Positions 10,084 through 21,529 of a stretch of DNA of 64,000 bases are shown here, piece after piece (position 1 is the stretch's first letter; each line of letters starts with the position of its first letter). The notes beneath the pieces were generated by a model. That model had not been told where the DNA came from. It saw nothing but the letters and a program-made list of their open reading frames with translations, and did not search any database. Source of the DNA: an uncultured delta proteobacterium (lineage in GTDB: Bacteria > Desulfobacterota > Binatia > Binatales > Binataceae). The position numbers and the translations under genes were made by a program. The stretch lies in the NCBI GenBank assembly GCA_963711565.1, contig CAVQEQ010000004.1:736001-800000 (forward strand), given 5' to 3'.

Positions 10084-11371
10084 GAGCGAAGCTGCGCCTG
10101 CGGTGGAGACCGGCCAGCACGGCCAGCTCCAACCGCCCGACGAAGATTCGAGCGAGCGCCGCGGAGCGTTTCGCGCGCTGCGCCATCGCAACTACCGCCT
10201 CTACTTCTTCGGCCAGCTCACCTCGCTCGCCGGCACCTGGATGCAGAGTGCCGCGCAGGCGTGGCTGGTGCTGAAGCTGACGAATTCCGCGACGATGCTC
10301 GGCGTCGTGTCGTTCGCGCAGTTCACGCCAATCCTGCTGGTCGGTTTGTTCGCCGGGGTTATCGTCGATCGCGTCGATCGCCGGCGCCTGATAATCACGA
10401 CTCAAATCCTGCTGATGCTGAGCGCGTTCGCACTGGCCGCGCTGACCTGGAGCGGCAAGGTGCGCGTGATACACGTGATCCTGCTCGCGGCCTTCAACGG
10501 CAGCGTCGGCTCGTTTGACATGCCCGGCCGCCAGTCGTTCGTGGTCGAGATGGTGGGTTACGACGATCTCGCCAACGCGATCGCGCTCAACTCGATGATG
10601 TTCAACAGCGCGCGCATGCTCGGTCCGGCCGCCGCGGGATTGCTGATCGCATGGCTGGGCATCGGCACATGTTTCTTTCTGAACGGCGTGAGCTTCCTCG
10701 CCGTCATCTGGAGTCTGATCCAGATGGACATCCCCGTCCGGGTAGTTACCGGCGGCGCGCGCATGCTTCATCAACTGCGCGAAGGCCTCGCCTACGTCTG
10801 GGGCCATCGTCCGCTGCTCTACCAGATGGTGCTGGCGGCGGTGACCAACGGCTTCGGCTATCAGTACCTGGTGCTGGTTCCGTTGTTCGCGAAGAACGTA
10901 CTGCACGGCGACGCGCGAACTTATGGCTTCCTGGCCGCGATCCAGGGACTCGGGTCGGTTGTGGGTGCGGTCACGCTGGCCTCGCGCGTCTCGACGCGGG
11001 GAATGAGGAACAATCTGCTCGCGGGTCTTTTCCTCTCCGCGGTGGGGATCTTCGTCTTCGGGATCTCGCGCTCATTTCCACTTTCGCTGGCCGCGCAGTT
11101 TGTGATCGGTGCGGGGCTGACCAACTTCCGAGCGAGCAACAATACGCTCGTGCAGATGTTCGTCACGGACGATTTACGCGGCCGGGTGATGAGCACTTAC
11201 CAGCTAGCGGCGGTCGGCTTGACGCCGATCGGCGCGCTCGAGGTCGGCTACACCGGCTCGCATTTGGGGCCGATGCAGGCGGTCGTCATATGCGGCGCGA
11301 TCATTCTAGTTTCCGGCATCGTGCTACTCACGACCCTCAAGTCGGTCGGCATGGACTCGGAACCTGAATAA
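10076..11371 (+). CDS. MFS transporter (MFS_3 type)
   Basis: ALRHRNYRLYFFGQLTSLAGTWMQ, about 12 hydrophobic segments, DDLRGRVMS. Confidence 0.88.
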   Translation: MPESEAAPAVETGQHGQLQPPDEDSSERRGAFRALRHRNYRLYFFGQLTSLAGTWMQSAAQAWLVLKLTNSATMLGVVSFAQFTPILLVGLFAGVIVDRVDRRRLIITTQILLMLSAFALAALTWSGKVRVIHVILLAAFNGSVGSFDMPGRQSFVVEMVGYDDLANAIALNSMMFNSARMLGPAAAGLLIAWLGIGTCFFLNGVSFLAVIWSLIQMDIPVRVVTGGARMLHQLREGLAYVWGHRPLLYQMVLAAVTNGFGYQYLVLVPLFAKNVLHGDARTYGFLAAIQGLGSVVGAVTLASRVSTRGMRNNLLAGLFLSAVGIFVFGISRSFPLSLAAQFVIGAGLTNFRASNNTLVQMFVTDDLRGRVMSTYQLAAVGLTPIGALEVGYTGSHLGPMQAVVICGAIILVSGIVLLTTLKSVGMDSEPE

Positions 11372-11442
11372 TTTCCTCCTTGCCAGACCGACACTTCGCG
11401 TGTTCAATGCTCGCTAACCGTTCGAACTGAAGGAGCCTGCTT

Positions 11443-12033
11443 ATGAAGTCCTGGATCTCCAAAACCGCAATCGCGATCGCGATGCTCGCCGTGCTTCCCG
11501 CTCTCGCGCATGCCGATACCTGGCAAATCGATCCCGCGCACACCAACGTCGAGTTCACGGTGCGTCACATGATGATCTCGAACGTGAAGGGACAGTTCCA
11601 GAAGACGTCGGGAACGATCACCACTGGCAGCGACCCGGCCTCGGCACAAATCGATGCGACCATCGACGCGTCGTCGGTGGACACCCGCGTCGAGCGCCGC
11701 GATACGCATCTGAAGAGTCCCGACTTTCTCGACGTCGCCAAGTACCCGACGATTACGTTCAAATCCACCAAGGTCGAAGCCGCCGGGCCGAACAAATTCA
11801 AGGTGACAGGCGACCTGACGCTGCATGGCGTCACCAAGCCGGTCGTGCTCGACGTCGAGACATCCGGGGCGCCGATCAACATGATGGGCAAGATGCACGC
11901 GGGCGCATCGGCGACAACACAAATCAAGCGCAGCGATTTCGGGCTCACCTGGAACAAGGCGCTCGAAGCGGGCGGCGTGATGGTCGGCGACGAGGTCGCG
12001 ATCTCGATCAACGTCGAGGCGATCAAGAAGTAG
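11443..12033 (+). CDS. yceI: YceI family secreted lipid/isoprenoid-binding protein
   Basis: Signal peptide, WQIDPAHT, RDTHLKSPDF, GDLTLHGVTK. Confidence 0.9.
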   Translation: MKSWISKTAIAIAMLAVLPALAHADTWQIDPAHTNVEFTVRHMMISNVKGQFQKTSGTITTGSDPASAQIDATIDASSVDTRVERRDTHLKSPDFLDVAKYPTITFKSTKVEAAGPNKFKVTGDLTLHGVTKPVVLDVETSGAPINMMGKMHAGASATTQIKRSDFGLTWNKALEAGGVMVGDEVAISINVEAIKK

Positions 12034-12039
12034 CGACGC

Positions 12040-12648
12040 GTGTTCTATCTGACGCTGCACGGCGAGACCGAATGGAATCGCGATCGCCGGTTCCAGGGAC
12101 AACTGGATTCGCCTCTCACCGAGCATGGTGTCGAACAAGCTCATCGAATGGGCGTCACGCTGCGCGAGCTGATCGGAGACGCGACGGGATACGTGATCGT
12201 CAGCAGTCCGCTCGGCCGCGCGCGCCGGACGGCGGAGATTATCCGCGAAGTCCTGGGGATTGAGCCGCGGCACATCGAGACCGACGCGCGTATTGCGGAA
12301 ATCAATCTCGGTTCATGGGCGGGACTGACGCGTGGAGAAGTCGAGGCGCGATGGCCGCGGCCGCTTGACGGAGCCGGACGGTTTGACTGGTATTTCAGGT
12401 CTCCCGACGGCGAGACGCTCGCCGACCTGACAGCGCGGGTGCGCCAATGGCTGTCCGACATCGCCGGACGCGATCGCATCATCGCAGTCTCGCACGGGGT
12501 GACCAGCCGTCTGTTGCGCGGCCTCTACGGCGGCCTAGAAACATCGGAAGCGCTGTCACTCGAGGTCTCGCGCAACGTCGTCTTCAGACTCCACGACAAA
12601 TGTGTGGACCGTGTCCCCTCCGACGAGAAGGCGCCTCCTAAGGTCTGA
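12040..12648 (+). CDS. Histidine phosphatase (phosphoglycerate mutase) family
   Basis: LHGETEWN, SSPLGRA, VSHG. Confidence 0.85.
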   Translation: MFYLTLHGETEWNRDRRFQGQLDSPLTEHGVEQAHRMGVTLRELIGDATGYVIVSSPLGRARRTAEIIREVLGIEPRHIETDARIAEINLGSWAGLTRGEVEARWPRPLDGAGRFDWYFRSPDGETLADLTARVRQWLSDIAGRDRIIAVSHGVTSRLLRGLYGGLETSEALSLEVSRNVVFRLHDKCVDRVPSDEKAPPKV

Positions 12649-12739
12649 ATCCCGATCGACCCTGACCGGGTTGCATTTAGCTCTGCGCAGCGATACCGCT
12701 GAACCGAATTGACGTCTGTGACTTCGGGGGGGATCGGCC

Positions 12740-13480
12740 ATGAGTATGTCGCGGCGTTTCGCAGCGGAGTTGATCGGCACCTTCTGGCTGGTTTTCGGCG
12801 GATGCGGCAGCGCCGTGCTTGCGGCCGGCTTCCCGAAGACCGGAATCGGATTCCTGGGAGTGGCGTTTGCGTTCGGCCTGACACTGCTGACGATGGCGTT
12901 TACGATCGGATCGATTTCGGGATGCCATATCAATCCCGCGGTCACGATCGGATTGTGGGCCGGCAAGCGATTCCCGGGGCGCGAGGTCCCAACGTACATC
13001 GTCGCGCAAGTGATTGGAGCAATACTCGCGTCAACTGTGCTCTACGTAATCGCCAGCGGCGGTCCGGGCTTCGATCTAAGCGCCGGGTTCGCGTCCAACG
13101 GATACGGCGCGCATTCGCCGGGCGGCTACAGTCTTGGCGCGGCCTTCGTCGCCGAGTTCGTGCTGACCTTCATGTTCCTGATCGTAATCCTCGGCTCGAC
13201 CGATAAGCGTGTCGCCGCCGGCTTCGCGCCGATTCCGATCGGGCTCGTGCTGACGCTGATTCATCTGATCAGCATCCCGGTGGATAACACCTCCGTGAAT
13301 CCCGCGCGCAGCACCGGCCCGGCGCTCTTCGTGGGCGGATGGGCGATACAGCAGTTGTGGCTGTTCTGGGTCGCGCCGATAGCCGGCGCCGCAATCGGCG
13401 GCTTCTTCTACAACTGGCTCGGCGTCGAGCGAAAGACCGGCGAGCAGCTAGCCCGCGAAACCGCTCCGGCTACGGCTTGA
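12740..13480 (+). CDS. aqpZ: Aquaporin Z
   Basis: Two NPA motifs ([14 protein letters not shown]); [15 protein letters not shown]. Confidence 0.95.
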   Translation: MSMSRRFAAELIGTFWLVFGGCGSAVLAAGFPKTGIGFLGVAFAFGLTLLTMAFTIGSISGCHINPAVTIGLWAGKRFPGREVPTYIVAQVIGAILASTVLYVIASGGPGFDLSAGFASNGYGAHSPGGYSLGAAFVAEFVLTFMFLIVILGSTDKRVAAGFAPIPIGLVLTLIHLISIPVDNTSVNPARSTGPALFVGGWAIQQLWLFWVAPIAGAAIGGFFYNWLGVERKTGEQLARETAPATA

Positions 13481-15851
13481 CGTTTCGATGATGCTCGATA
13501 GTGCGGGCGCCGAGGCGGGCGGGGGCAGTGTCTGAGCCTTGTACAACCACCACGCATCGTTTGGCGTCGGTGAGATCCTCGGGCGAGAGGCCCACTCTGT
13601 CGGCCAGGTTGGTTGCGACGATGACGAGGCCGCCGGGGGTTTGACGCGCTAGCTGCGCCGCGGTCGGCGCGCTCAGCACGTCGGTATGGAGCCGGCGGCC
13701 GAGCGCGCGGCCGGCGTCACGAATCAGTTCCAGCAGTTCGGCATCCTCCGCGTTCCCGTCCTCGGGCACCAGCACCGCGTGCAGGCCGGACTTCTTGCGC
13801 ATCGCCACTCGCAACGCCAGGTCGAGCGCCGCGCGCCCGTGCGTGCCTCGATCCACTACCGCAAACACACGATCGAGCGGACGGTCACCGCCATGAATCA
13901 CGACCGCCACGTGAACCGGCATCGCGCGCGCCTTGTCCAGGATTTCCCGGACTACGCCGCCCATGAAGTCGGACCGGAATACCGCGCGATGCGATCCCAG
14001 CAGCAGCCATCCGATTTGCGGCTCGTTGGCGAACGCCAGAATGTCCGCGGCCGGGTTGGTCGTCCACACGGCCTGCGGGGTGATGATGCTGCCGCGCGAC
14101 AGCGCGAGATCCAGCGCCGCCGACAACGCGGGAGAGCGGGGCGGAACACGCTGGTCGGCCTCGCGCAGTCCCGAGCGCACGCCGCCCGACGGAGTCTTTA
14201 CCAGTGCGAGCACGCGCGGCGGCGGCGCGTCGTGCGGCGTCGCCGCGAGTGCAAGCTCGACCAGCACGCCGACGCCTTCGGGATTCGAAACGGGCACGAG
14301 GATGGCGCTGTGCTCGGTGCCGACGAGGATCGGGCGCGGCGGCGGCTGTACGGGCCGCGGTGCAGGATGCGGTGCGCGAAGCGGCGCTTGCGGCGCTTGC
14401 GGCGCGACTGCAGGCTCGGGCGAGAAGGTGCCAAGCTCGGGCATCGGCTCAATCTCCGGAACTTGACGGCGCGTGATCAGATGCAGAATCGGCGTCGTCG
14501 CAAAAGTGGTGATCAGCGCCATGATCACCAGCATTGCGAACAGCGTCGGCGAGATGACGTTCATCTCGAGCCCGATATTCAGTACGATCAGTTCCATCAG
14601 GCCGCGCGTGTTCATCAGCACACCGAGCGCGGACGAGTCGCGCCAGTCGAGGCCGGTGATTCGCGCCGCGATCGCGCTGCCGCCGAACTTGCCGATCGAC
14701 GCGACCGCGATGATCAGCGCGCACATCATCCATTGCTCGTATCCATTGACCAGCCCGATTTGTGTGCGCAGGCCGGTGTACGCGAAGAACGCCGGCAGCA
14801 ACAACACGATCACGATGTCTTCGAGGCGGTCGGTCATCTCGCGCGCCATCCCGCTGTCGTGCGGAATCACGGCGCCGAGCGCGAACGCGCCGAACACGGC
14901 GTGGATGCCGATCAATTCGGTGGCTGACGCCGAGATCAGCAGCGCAATAAATACCGACGCCATCACGCCCTGCGTCAGCCGGCCGCGATTTCCGTAGAGC
15001 AGCGACAGGCGCACCATCACCGGCCGCACCACCACGATCATCAGCACAATAAACCCGAGCGCCATCGCGATCGTCGCGACCGCGCCCGACGCCTCCGCCC
15101 GCGCCACGCCAACCACGAAGGCCAGCATGCACCACGCGGTTACGTCGTCAACGGCGGCGCAGGTCAGCGCGATTGCACCCATGCGGGTCTTGTGAATCCC
15201 GCGATCGGTCAAGATTCTCGCGAGCACCGGAAACGCGGTCACCGACATCGAGACGCCCAGGAAAAGCGAGAAGCAGGTGAACGGTACGTCGCTGGTCGAA
15301 AGTTTTGGATAGAGGTAAAGCGCAATCACCGCGCCCAGCAAGAAGGGCAACACGATGCTGGCGTGGGAAATCGCGACGGTCGCGTGGCCGCGTTTGCGCA
15401 GCAGGGCGGGATCGAGTTCGAGCCCGACCAGGAACATATAAAGGATGACGCCGACCTGCGCGATGATGTTGAGATATGGACCCACCATCCCCGGAAAAAG
15501 ATATCCCTCCGCGGACGGCACCATGCGTCCAAGCAGCGAAGGACCGAGCACGATTCCTGCGAGAATTTCGCCGACGACCGGCGGTTGCTTGGCGCTGCGG
15601 AACACCCAGCCCATCGCGCGCGCGGTCGCGATAACAACCACCAGCGCAAGCAATACGTGCAGCAGATCGCCTTCGTTGGCGCGTGACGCGGGTGAGCCGA
15701 AGATGTTGCTCCCCTGCGGGGCAGGTGCGCCGAGCGTATCGCCGTACGTACGAATCCAGAGGTACAGCAGCACCAGCGCGCCGATCATCAATGCGTAAAC
15801 GGCGACGGCGCGTGAGCCGGCGGTGGTAATTCGCGGCTGACCTTCAGCCAT
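13470..15851 (-). CDS. Cation:proton antiporter (CPA2) with C-terminal USP-like domain
   Basis: [33 protein letters not shown]; Pro-rich linker then soluble domain. Confidence 0.88.
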   Translation of the reverse strand: MAEGQPRITTAGSRAVAVYALMIGALVLLYLWIRTYGDTLGAPAPQGSNIFGSPASRANEGDLLHVLLALVVVIATARAMGWVFRSAKQPPVVGEILAGIVLGPSLLGRMVPSAEGYLFPGMVGPYLNIIAQVGVILYMFLVGLELDPALLRKRGHATVAISHASIVLPFLLGAVIALYLYPKLSTSDVPFTCFSLFLGVSMSVTAFPVLARILTDRGIHKTRMGAIALTCAAVDDVTAWCMLAFVVGVARAEASGAVATIAMALGFIVLMIVVVRPVMVRLSLLYGNRGRLTQGVMASVFIALLISASATELIGIHAVFGAFALGAVIPHDSGMAREMTDRLEDIVIVLLLPAFFAYTGLRTQIGLVNGYEQWMMCALIIAVASIGKFGGSAIAARITGLDWRDSSALGVLMNTRGLMELIVLNIGLEMNVISPTLFAMLVIMALITTFATTPILHLITRRQVPEIEPMPELGTFSPEPAVAPQAPQAPLRAPHPAPRPVQPPPRPILVGTEHSAILVPVSNPEGVGVLVELALAATPHDAPPPRVLALVKTPSGGVRSGLREADQRVPPRSPALSAALDLALSRGSIITPQAVWTTNPAADILAFANEPQIGWLLLGSHRAVFRSDFMGGVVREILDKARAMPVHVAVVIHGGDRPLDRVFAVVDRGTHGRAALDLALRVAMRKKSGLHAVLVPEDGNAEDAELLELIRDAGRALGRRLHTDVLSAPTAAQLARQTPGGLVIVATNLADRVGLSPEDLTDAKRCVVVVQGSDTAPARLGARTIEHHRNVKP

Positions 15852-16000
15852 TTGCCTACTCTACCAAACTGCGAACTTGATGCGCAGCGCGAGCAAGATC
15901 ATTATCCATTGCCGGACGTTCTCGAACATCGACAGCATAAGCGTAACACAACGAATCGGTCGCGGTCAGGCTGAACAGTTTATCCCCAAGCCTCGGACGT

Positions 16001-16558
16001 TTAGCGAGGATTGGCGGATGGCTTCGTTGCGCGCGCGGGTTTTCTTTTCGGCGCTTTGGCCTTGTCACGCGCCGCGTCCAAGTCTCCATTCGCCGAAGCG
16101 GAAGCGGCGGCAGCGCGCTCGCGGCGGTGGCGAATCGATGAGAGCGTGGCGGCGATCTCGACTGCCTGTCCGTCTGAGTGATCTCGATCCCAATAATTCA
16201 CGATGTCGCTCAAGGAGAGGATTCCGATCGGACGGCCGCGCGAATCGACGACGGGTATGCGGTGAATCTCATGGGTGCGCATCAGGCGATGCGCGGTGTC
16301 GAGGTCGTCGCCGCGCGCGCATGAAATCACCTTGGGCGACATCACGCGCTCGACGGGAATCGCCTCGAGGGGAATGCCTTGCGTGTATGCGGCCATGCAG
16401 ATGTCGCGGTCGGTGACGAATCCGGCGAGCTTGCCGTGAGCGTCGACGACCGGCGCGCATCCACAATCGTGATCCCACATTATGCGGGCGGCCGCATTCA
16501 ACGAATCCTGAATCCCGCAGGCGCGAACGTCACGCGTCATCAAGTCAGCGACTTTCAC
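16001..16558 (-). CDS. CBS domain protein
   Basis: KVADLMT...GFVTDRDI...HRIPVVD...GILSLSDI tandem CBS. Confidence 0.85.
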   Translation of the reverse strand: MKVADLMTRDVRACGIQDSLNAAARIMWDHDCGCAPVVDAHGKLAGFVTDRDICMAAYTQGIPLEAIPVERVMSPKVISCARGDDLDTAHRLMRTHEIHRIPVVDSRGRPIGILSLSDIVNYWDRDHSDGQAVEIAATLSSIRHRRERAAAASASANGDLDAARDKAKAPKRKPARATKPSANPR

Positions 16559-16593
16559 TTATGTCACTCCTCGCAACAGCATCGGTCGGTGAA

Positions 16594-17061
16594 TTATTTC
16601 CAGGTCGAGAACGGCTTGATCGACAAGTTCGAATTGAAGTAGCGCGCGTCGCCGCTCACTTCGCGGTCGATCCAGTCGGGGAGATCGACCGGTTCCCGGG
16701 CGTCCTTGAGCTCGACTTCGGCGACCGCCAGTCCGTGATTGGCGCCGGTGAATTCGTCAACCTCCCAAGTGTGGCCCTTGAAGACGATCCGGTAGCGCAT
16801 CTTTTCGATCGGCGGATGCTCGCAGAGGTGGAGCATGATCTCATTGGCGTCGGTGAGCGGAATCTCGTACTCGTATTCGTCGCGCGTAATGTCGGCGGTG
16901 GCGCCTTTGATCGTCAGGTAGGCGTGGTCTCCGTAGGTGCGCACGCGGACGGAGGATTGTTTCGCGGTGCATAGATAGCCCTGGCGGATGATGAGGCCGG
17001 CGCCGAGGTCGCTCCATTTGCGGGGGTGCACCAGGAATTTACGTTCGATTTCCTTCGCCAT
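16594..17061 (-). CDS. CYTH domain protein
   Basis: EIERKFLV, IEKMRY, WEVDEF, AEVEL. Confidence 0.9.
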   Translation of the reverse strand: MAKEIERKFLVHPRKWSDLGAGLIIRQGYLCTAKQSSVRVRTYGDHAYLTIKGATADITRDEYEYEIPLTDANEIMLHLCEHPPIEKMRYRIVFKGHTWEVDEFTGANHGLAVAEVELKDAREPVDLPDWIDREVSGDARYFNSNLSIKPFSTWK

Positions 17062-17121
17062 GTTTTTTCACAGCTCCCCGCGGACTGTTCGCGCGCGCCG
17101 CGCTTCGCCCAGGCTTCGGGC

Positions 17122-17739
17122 TCAAGTCGCGGTCGCATCCGCGCGCGGCGTCATTCCGATCATCAGCTTCAGGTGACGAACATAGTTTATATTCGCGTGA
17201 GAGTTGAGGCCAAGTTTTGCGATCGCGCGAAGAACGGCGGCGGGGTCGTCCGATTCGAGCTCGACGGTTTCAGAAGTGGCGCCGCCGGCGATTCGAACTT
17301 CGGCAAACTCCGCCGTGTACCTGTCCGAGGTGAACTGGCAGCGCAGTTTTACAACCTCGACCAGTGCGAGGTCGCGATGGGGCCTCAGCAGATCACGGAT
17401 TAATTCGCCCTGAGTATACGACGGCTGCGCGATGTGCGGGGCAGGGACGCCGAGATGAGGGAACAACTGCTCGACGATCGTGCGCGAGTCGAGCGGGAAG
17501 GCGGACTTGAGCATGGGGCGCCATCGCTCGAGCCGGCCGACCTGCTCGGTGAGCAGCTTGATGTCCATCAACTCGGCGCGAATTTTGACGTTGGCGGCGT
17601 CGGTCGCGCGCGACAGGACGTAGGTCTCGGCGCTTTCGCGCTGCTCGGACGGCGGCGCTTGGGCGGTCAGCCGATCCCTAAAGGCGCCAAGGTGATTTCC
17701 CCAGGTGCGGAATTCAAATCTTCCCAGCGGATTGCTCAT
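17122..17739 (-). CDS. Hypothetical protein, possibly a divergent CYTH-like fold
   Basis: RFEFRTW start, NVKIR, VELESDD, NYV; adjacent to the CYTH gene. Confidence 0.5.
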   Translation of the reverse strand: MSNPLGRFEFRTWGNHLGAFRDRLTAQAPPSEQRESAETYVLSRATDAANVKIRAELMDIKLLTEQVGRLERWRPMLKSAFPLDSRTIVEQLFPHLGVPAPHIAQPSYTQGELIRDLLRPHRDLALVEVVKLRCQFTSDRYTAEFAEVRIAGGATSETVELESDDPAAVLRAIAKLGLNSHANINYVRHLKLMIGMTPRADATAT

Positions 17740-17838
17740 CGTCGTGGCAGCGGCACCATATCGCTGCCGCACATCACGATAACATTTTCGCCGGGCGTGA
17801 GAAAAAATCAGGCTGCGCGATTGTCACTTTGCAGTTTT

Positions 17839-18372
17839 CTAGAAGCTCGCACCCTCCCGCATCCCAGCACCACGAGCCGACGAGCCAGCGTCGCTGCCAT
17901 TCGAGCGCTTGCGCGACGAGCGTCCGGCGCGTACGACCTGCCTGCGGCCAACCGAGCGCATCTGCTTGGTCGGCAGATCGTCAACGCTCAGCAATCCCAG
18001 GCGCGAGCGCAACGCGGCAGGCTCGATTCCGAGCACGTCGCATACGTACTCGAAGGAAAACGGACTATGGATTCCGGCTTCCGCGTGGAACCATCGCTGA
18101 ACCTCGTCGTATTGCTCACGGTCGCATCGCCGCGACGAGTTCACCGTCTTGACGTAGCACCGAACCGCGTCTTCGAGTACCGCGAAGACCAGCCGCGTCT
18201 CGCCGTCGAGCATCGAGCGCCGCCGGGTCAGATCGAAAAACTGAACCGGCACGAGAAAATCGGGCTCGAAGCGCGCGCTCAGCCACGGATCGGGGCCTGC
18301 GCATTCGTCGATTACCCTGGTCTGAGTCGAAGGTCCATATTGAAGAACCTGTTCTGAAGCTGATGCAGACAT
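17839..18372 (-). CDS. Conserved hypothetical protein
   Basis: aggagg RBS before ATG 18372; AVLEDAVRCY...WF...PFSFEYVCDVLGI motif. Confidence 0.6.
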   Translation of the reverse strand: MSASASEQVLQYGPSTQTRVIDECAGPDPWLSARFEPDFLVPVQFFDLTRRRSMLDGETRLVFAVLEDAVRCYVKTVNSSRRCDREQYDEVQRWFHAEAGIHSPFSFEYVCDVLGIEPAALRSRLGLLSVDDLPTKQMRSVGRRQVVRAGRSSRKRSNGSDAGSSARGAGMREGASF

Positions 18373-18801
18373 TATTGGACCCTCCTTGAGCCGAATTGAG
18401 CACCTGCCAGCCAGCATGGTCTGTGCCAACGCGGTTTGAGCACAAAAGGGAGAAATCAGTGGGAGATCGGAGGTATCGCGATGCCGATGGCGGCTGATGC
18501 TGCTCAATTATGCGGCATCACTGCGATTGCCGGCTGTGCAATCTAGATCTCGCCGGAATCGTGCACAATCCTCAGAAAGGCTCTCGCGCCCGACGCCCGA
18601 TCCGGCTACACTGCCGCGGTTCGAGGAGCGCAAACTGTCGGCGAAGCAACCAGGTCGAAACAATTTCCGTATATGGAACTACTGGACTCGAACGGCGCGC
18701 GGAAAGAGTATTGAGTCCGCTCGATTTCGGCAGAAGTGGCGCGAGGCACGATCAATGCTGATATTAAAGACCGGGTCGAAGTGCGCGAACGGCGCTCACC
18801 T

Positions 18802-19473
18802 ATGAAAACTCGAACAAAAACAAAAACACAACCGACGAAGAATCGTAAAAGGCAGAAAACCAAGATGGAAGCCGCGGTGAACACCGGCGGACGGCGGATC
18901 GATGCGCTCAAGCGCATGCTCGCGAAAGAGCGCGCCGATACGCTCGCCCGGGTGAAGGAATTGATGAAGGAGCAGGCTCGCAACGGCGGACAGCCGCCGG
19001 CCGATGAAATGGACGTGGCGCGATCGCTGTCCGAAGTCGAGACGCATGCAGCGCTGTTCGACCGTGCGCAGGAACGCCTCAGCGCGATCGACGCGGCAAT
19101 CGCAAGGCTAGGCGCTGGAGTTTATGGAACGTGTGCGCGATGCGGCGATGAGATCCCGCTGGCGCGGCTCCAAGTAATTCCGTTCGCGCAGTTTTGCGTC
19201 GATTGTCAGAACGAAGCGAACACCGAAGCGCGCAGCGGTCAAAGCGGACTGGCGAAGCCGTTCGGCGGCCGATGGTCCGGGCCTGAAGAGCTCAGCAATC
19301 CCGATGACGTCGAAGAGCATGTCGAGCCTGTCCGCAACGCCGAGGACGACGTGCAAGTCGATAGCGCATTCGGGCCGGATGAGGACGAGCTGGAAGCGAC
19401 GGGAGTCGAGAAACGCCGTCGCGGACGGCCGCCGAAGGCAAAGAAGCCAGCGGTCCAGAAGAAAGCGCACTAG
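18802..19473 (+). CDS. TraR/DksA C4-type zinc finger protein
   Basis: Coiled coil then YGTCARCGDEIPLARLQVIPFAQFCVDC; AT-hook-like RRRGRPPK tail. Confidence 0.85.
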   Translation: MKTRTKTKTQPTKNRKRQKTKMEAAVNTGGRRIDALKRMLAKERADTLARVKELMKEQARNGGQPPADEMDVARSLSEVETHAALFDRAQERLSAIDAAIARLGAGVYGTCARCGDEIPLARLQVIPFAQFCVDCQNEANTEARSGQSGLAKPFGGRWSGPEELSNPDDVEEHVEPVRNAEDDVQVDSAFGPDEDELEATGVEKRRRGRPPKAKKPAVQKKAH

Positions 19474-19560
19474 CGTCGCGCAATCCGATCGGCGTGAATC
19501 CGCACTTATCGATCGAATGCGAGGCCGCGCCGGGGAAGCTTGCGCAATTGGCGAGGAACT

Positions 19561-19579
19561 GATAATCATTCTCATTATC
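19561..19579. promoter_or_regulatory. Fur box
   Basis: GATAATCATTCTCATTATC matches consensus GATAATGATAATCATTATC at 16/19, directly upstream of bfd-bfr. Confidence 0.8.
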
Positions 19580-19596
19580 GGTCGAGGTTCCCGCTG

Positions 19597-19809
19597 ATGT
19601 ACCTATGTATCTGCAACGCTATTACTGACCGCCAGGCGCGGTCGCGTAGTAGTGCTTCGTGTTCGGTTGCCGCTTTCTACCGCGCGCTTGGCGTCAAGCC
19701 CAAGTGCGGCAAATGCGTGCCGCTCGTTCGCCAGATGCTCGACGCACACGACGACTCGCGCGATGCTCGCCAGGATGCCTGCCCGGATGCCTGCGGCGCC
19801 GAAAGTTAG
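19597..19809 (+). CDS. bfd: Bacterioferritin-associated ferredoxin
   Basis: MYLCICNAITD...KCGKC. Confidence 0.88.
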   Translation: MYLCICNAITDRQARSRSSASCSVAAFYRALGVKPKCGKCVPLVRQMLDAHDDSRDARQDACPDACGAES

Positions 19810-19877
19810 GCGTTTCGCACAGACCGATTTGTCCTTACACTGCTACTATTCATAGCCGCTTGCGGGGAGAAGGTTCC

Positions 19878-20354
19878 GTGAAGGGTAACCCCAAGGTTCT
19901 TCAGTTTCTCAATACGGTGCTGCGCAACGAGCTGACCGCTATCAATCAGTATTTCCTGCACGCCAAGCAGCTCGAGCATTGGGGCGTCGGCAAGCTAGGC
20001 AAGTACGAGCGCGACGAATCGATCACCGAGATGAAGCATGCGGACAGGATTATCGAGCGAATCCTGTTTCTCGAGGGTCTTCCCAATCTTCAGGATTTGG
20101 ACCGGCTGCTGATCGGCGAGAACGTTAAGGAAGTGCTCGAGTGCGATCTGAAGCTGGAACTCAAGGCGCTGGGCGATTTTCGCGCGGCGGTTGCGCACGC
20201 GGAATCGGTGAAGGATTACGTGACGCGCGAACTGCTCGAGGAAATCATGCACGAAGAAGAGAAGAGCGTCGATTTCATCGAAGTCCAGTTCGATCTAATC
20301 AAGCAGATAGGAATCGAGAACTACATCCAGTTGCAATCGTCGAGCGCGAGCTGA
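19878..20354 (+). CDS. bfr: Bacterioferritin
   Basis: NELTAINQYFLH, EMKHAD, ERILFLEGLPNLQ. Confidence 0.95.
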   Translation: MKGNPKVLQFLNTVLRNELTAINQYFLHAKQLEHWGVGKLGKYERDESITEMKHADRIIERILFLEGLPNLQDLDRLLIGENVKEVLECDLKLELKALGDFRAAVAHAESVKDYVTRELLEEIMHEEEKSVDFIEVQFDLIKQIGIENYIQLQSSSAS

Positions 20355-20385
20355 GCGGGGTTCATCGCTCCGCAGGAGAGTGCGC

Positions 20386-21303
20386 ATGAGCGTTGAGGGT
20401 CGTAGCGCTGGGGTCGCCGGGAGTGGGGTCGTTATCACCGGGGCTTCCAGCGGAATCGGCAAGGCTTGTGCGCTCTACCTGGACAGCCGCGGGTGGCGGG
20501 TGTTTGCCGGAGTGCGCAAGGCGGCCGATGGTGAGGCGCTCGCCAAGGCCGCATCGCCGCGCCTCAGTCCGTTGATACTCAACGTCACCGACGCAAAGAC
20601 TGTTTCCGATGCCGCCACGCAGGTCGAGAAGGCCTTGGGTGACGTAGCGCTGATCGGGATCGTCAACAACGCAGGTATCGGGACCGGCGGTCCGGTCGAG
20701 TTTCTAGATCCATCTGAGCTACGCCGGCAGATGGACGTTAATCTGGTGGGACCGCTGACGGTTATCCAGGCTTTCATGCCGATGATCCGGCGCGGCCGCG
20801 GACGGATCGTTAATGTCTCGTCGGTCGGGGGCAAGGTGGCCACACCGTTCGTCGGTCCGTACTGTGCTTCGAAGTTCGCGCTCGAGGCGCTCTCCGATTC
20901 GTTGCGCGCTGAGCTCAAGCCGTGGGGAATCGAGGTCTCGCTGGTCGAACCCGGCGCCGTCAAAACCGCGATGTTCGAGAAGGCTCGTAGCACGGTTGAC
21001 GACGTTCTTGGCGTGCTTCCTGCCGAGGGTGCTCGCTACTACGGCAACGAGATCGAAGCGATGCGCGGTCTGATCGCGTCGCAGGAGCGCGTGGCGGTGT
21101 CGGCGGAGGCCGTGGCGCGAGTCGTCGAGCATGCGTTGATCGCGCGACGGCCACGCACGCGTTATTTGGTCGGCCGTGACGCGAAACTGATGGCATTTTT
21201 CCATTGGCAGCTCCCTGATCGGGCATTCGACAGGCTGTTGGCTACGACGATGCGGCGCCTGTCGCGCAGGGCGTCAATGGGGAAGGCTGAACCACTCGAT
21301 TGA
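20386..21303 (+). CDS. SDR family oxidoreductase
   Basis: TGASSGIG, NNAG, YCASK. Confidence 0.9.
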   Translation: MSVEGRSAGVAGSGVVITGASSGIGKACALYLDSRGWRVFAGVRKAADGEALAKAASPRLSPLILNVTDAKTVSDAATQVEKALGDVALIGIVNNAGIGTGGPVEFLDPSELRRQMDVNLVGPLTVIQAFMPMIRRGRGRIVNVSSVGGKVATPFVGPYCASKFALEALSDSLRAELKPWGIEVSLVEPGAVKTAMFEKARSTVDDVLGVLPAEGARYYGNEIEAMRGLIASQERVAVSAEAVARVVEHALIARRPRTRYLVGRDAKLMAFFHWQLPDRAFDRLLATTMRRLSRRASMGKAEPLD

Positions 21304-21529
21304 ATGTCGGAACTGATTCCGGAGTGGGGCGCTCCCGAAAGTGTCTCAATCCGGGACGGGGGACCGATCACTTGCGGAACACTCAATGGTTTCGCGCGAC
21401 CTTTCGATTCTGATTCCTAGCTATTCTCCGCTTTTCAGAATGACCGCGAATGCATCGGCGTCGGCATGGTGATTGCTCCGCTGTGAGATGCGGTAATGCG
21501 ATCGCCTGCGCTCGGGGGATCTCTTTCAG

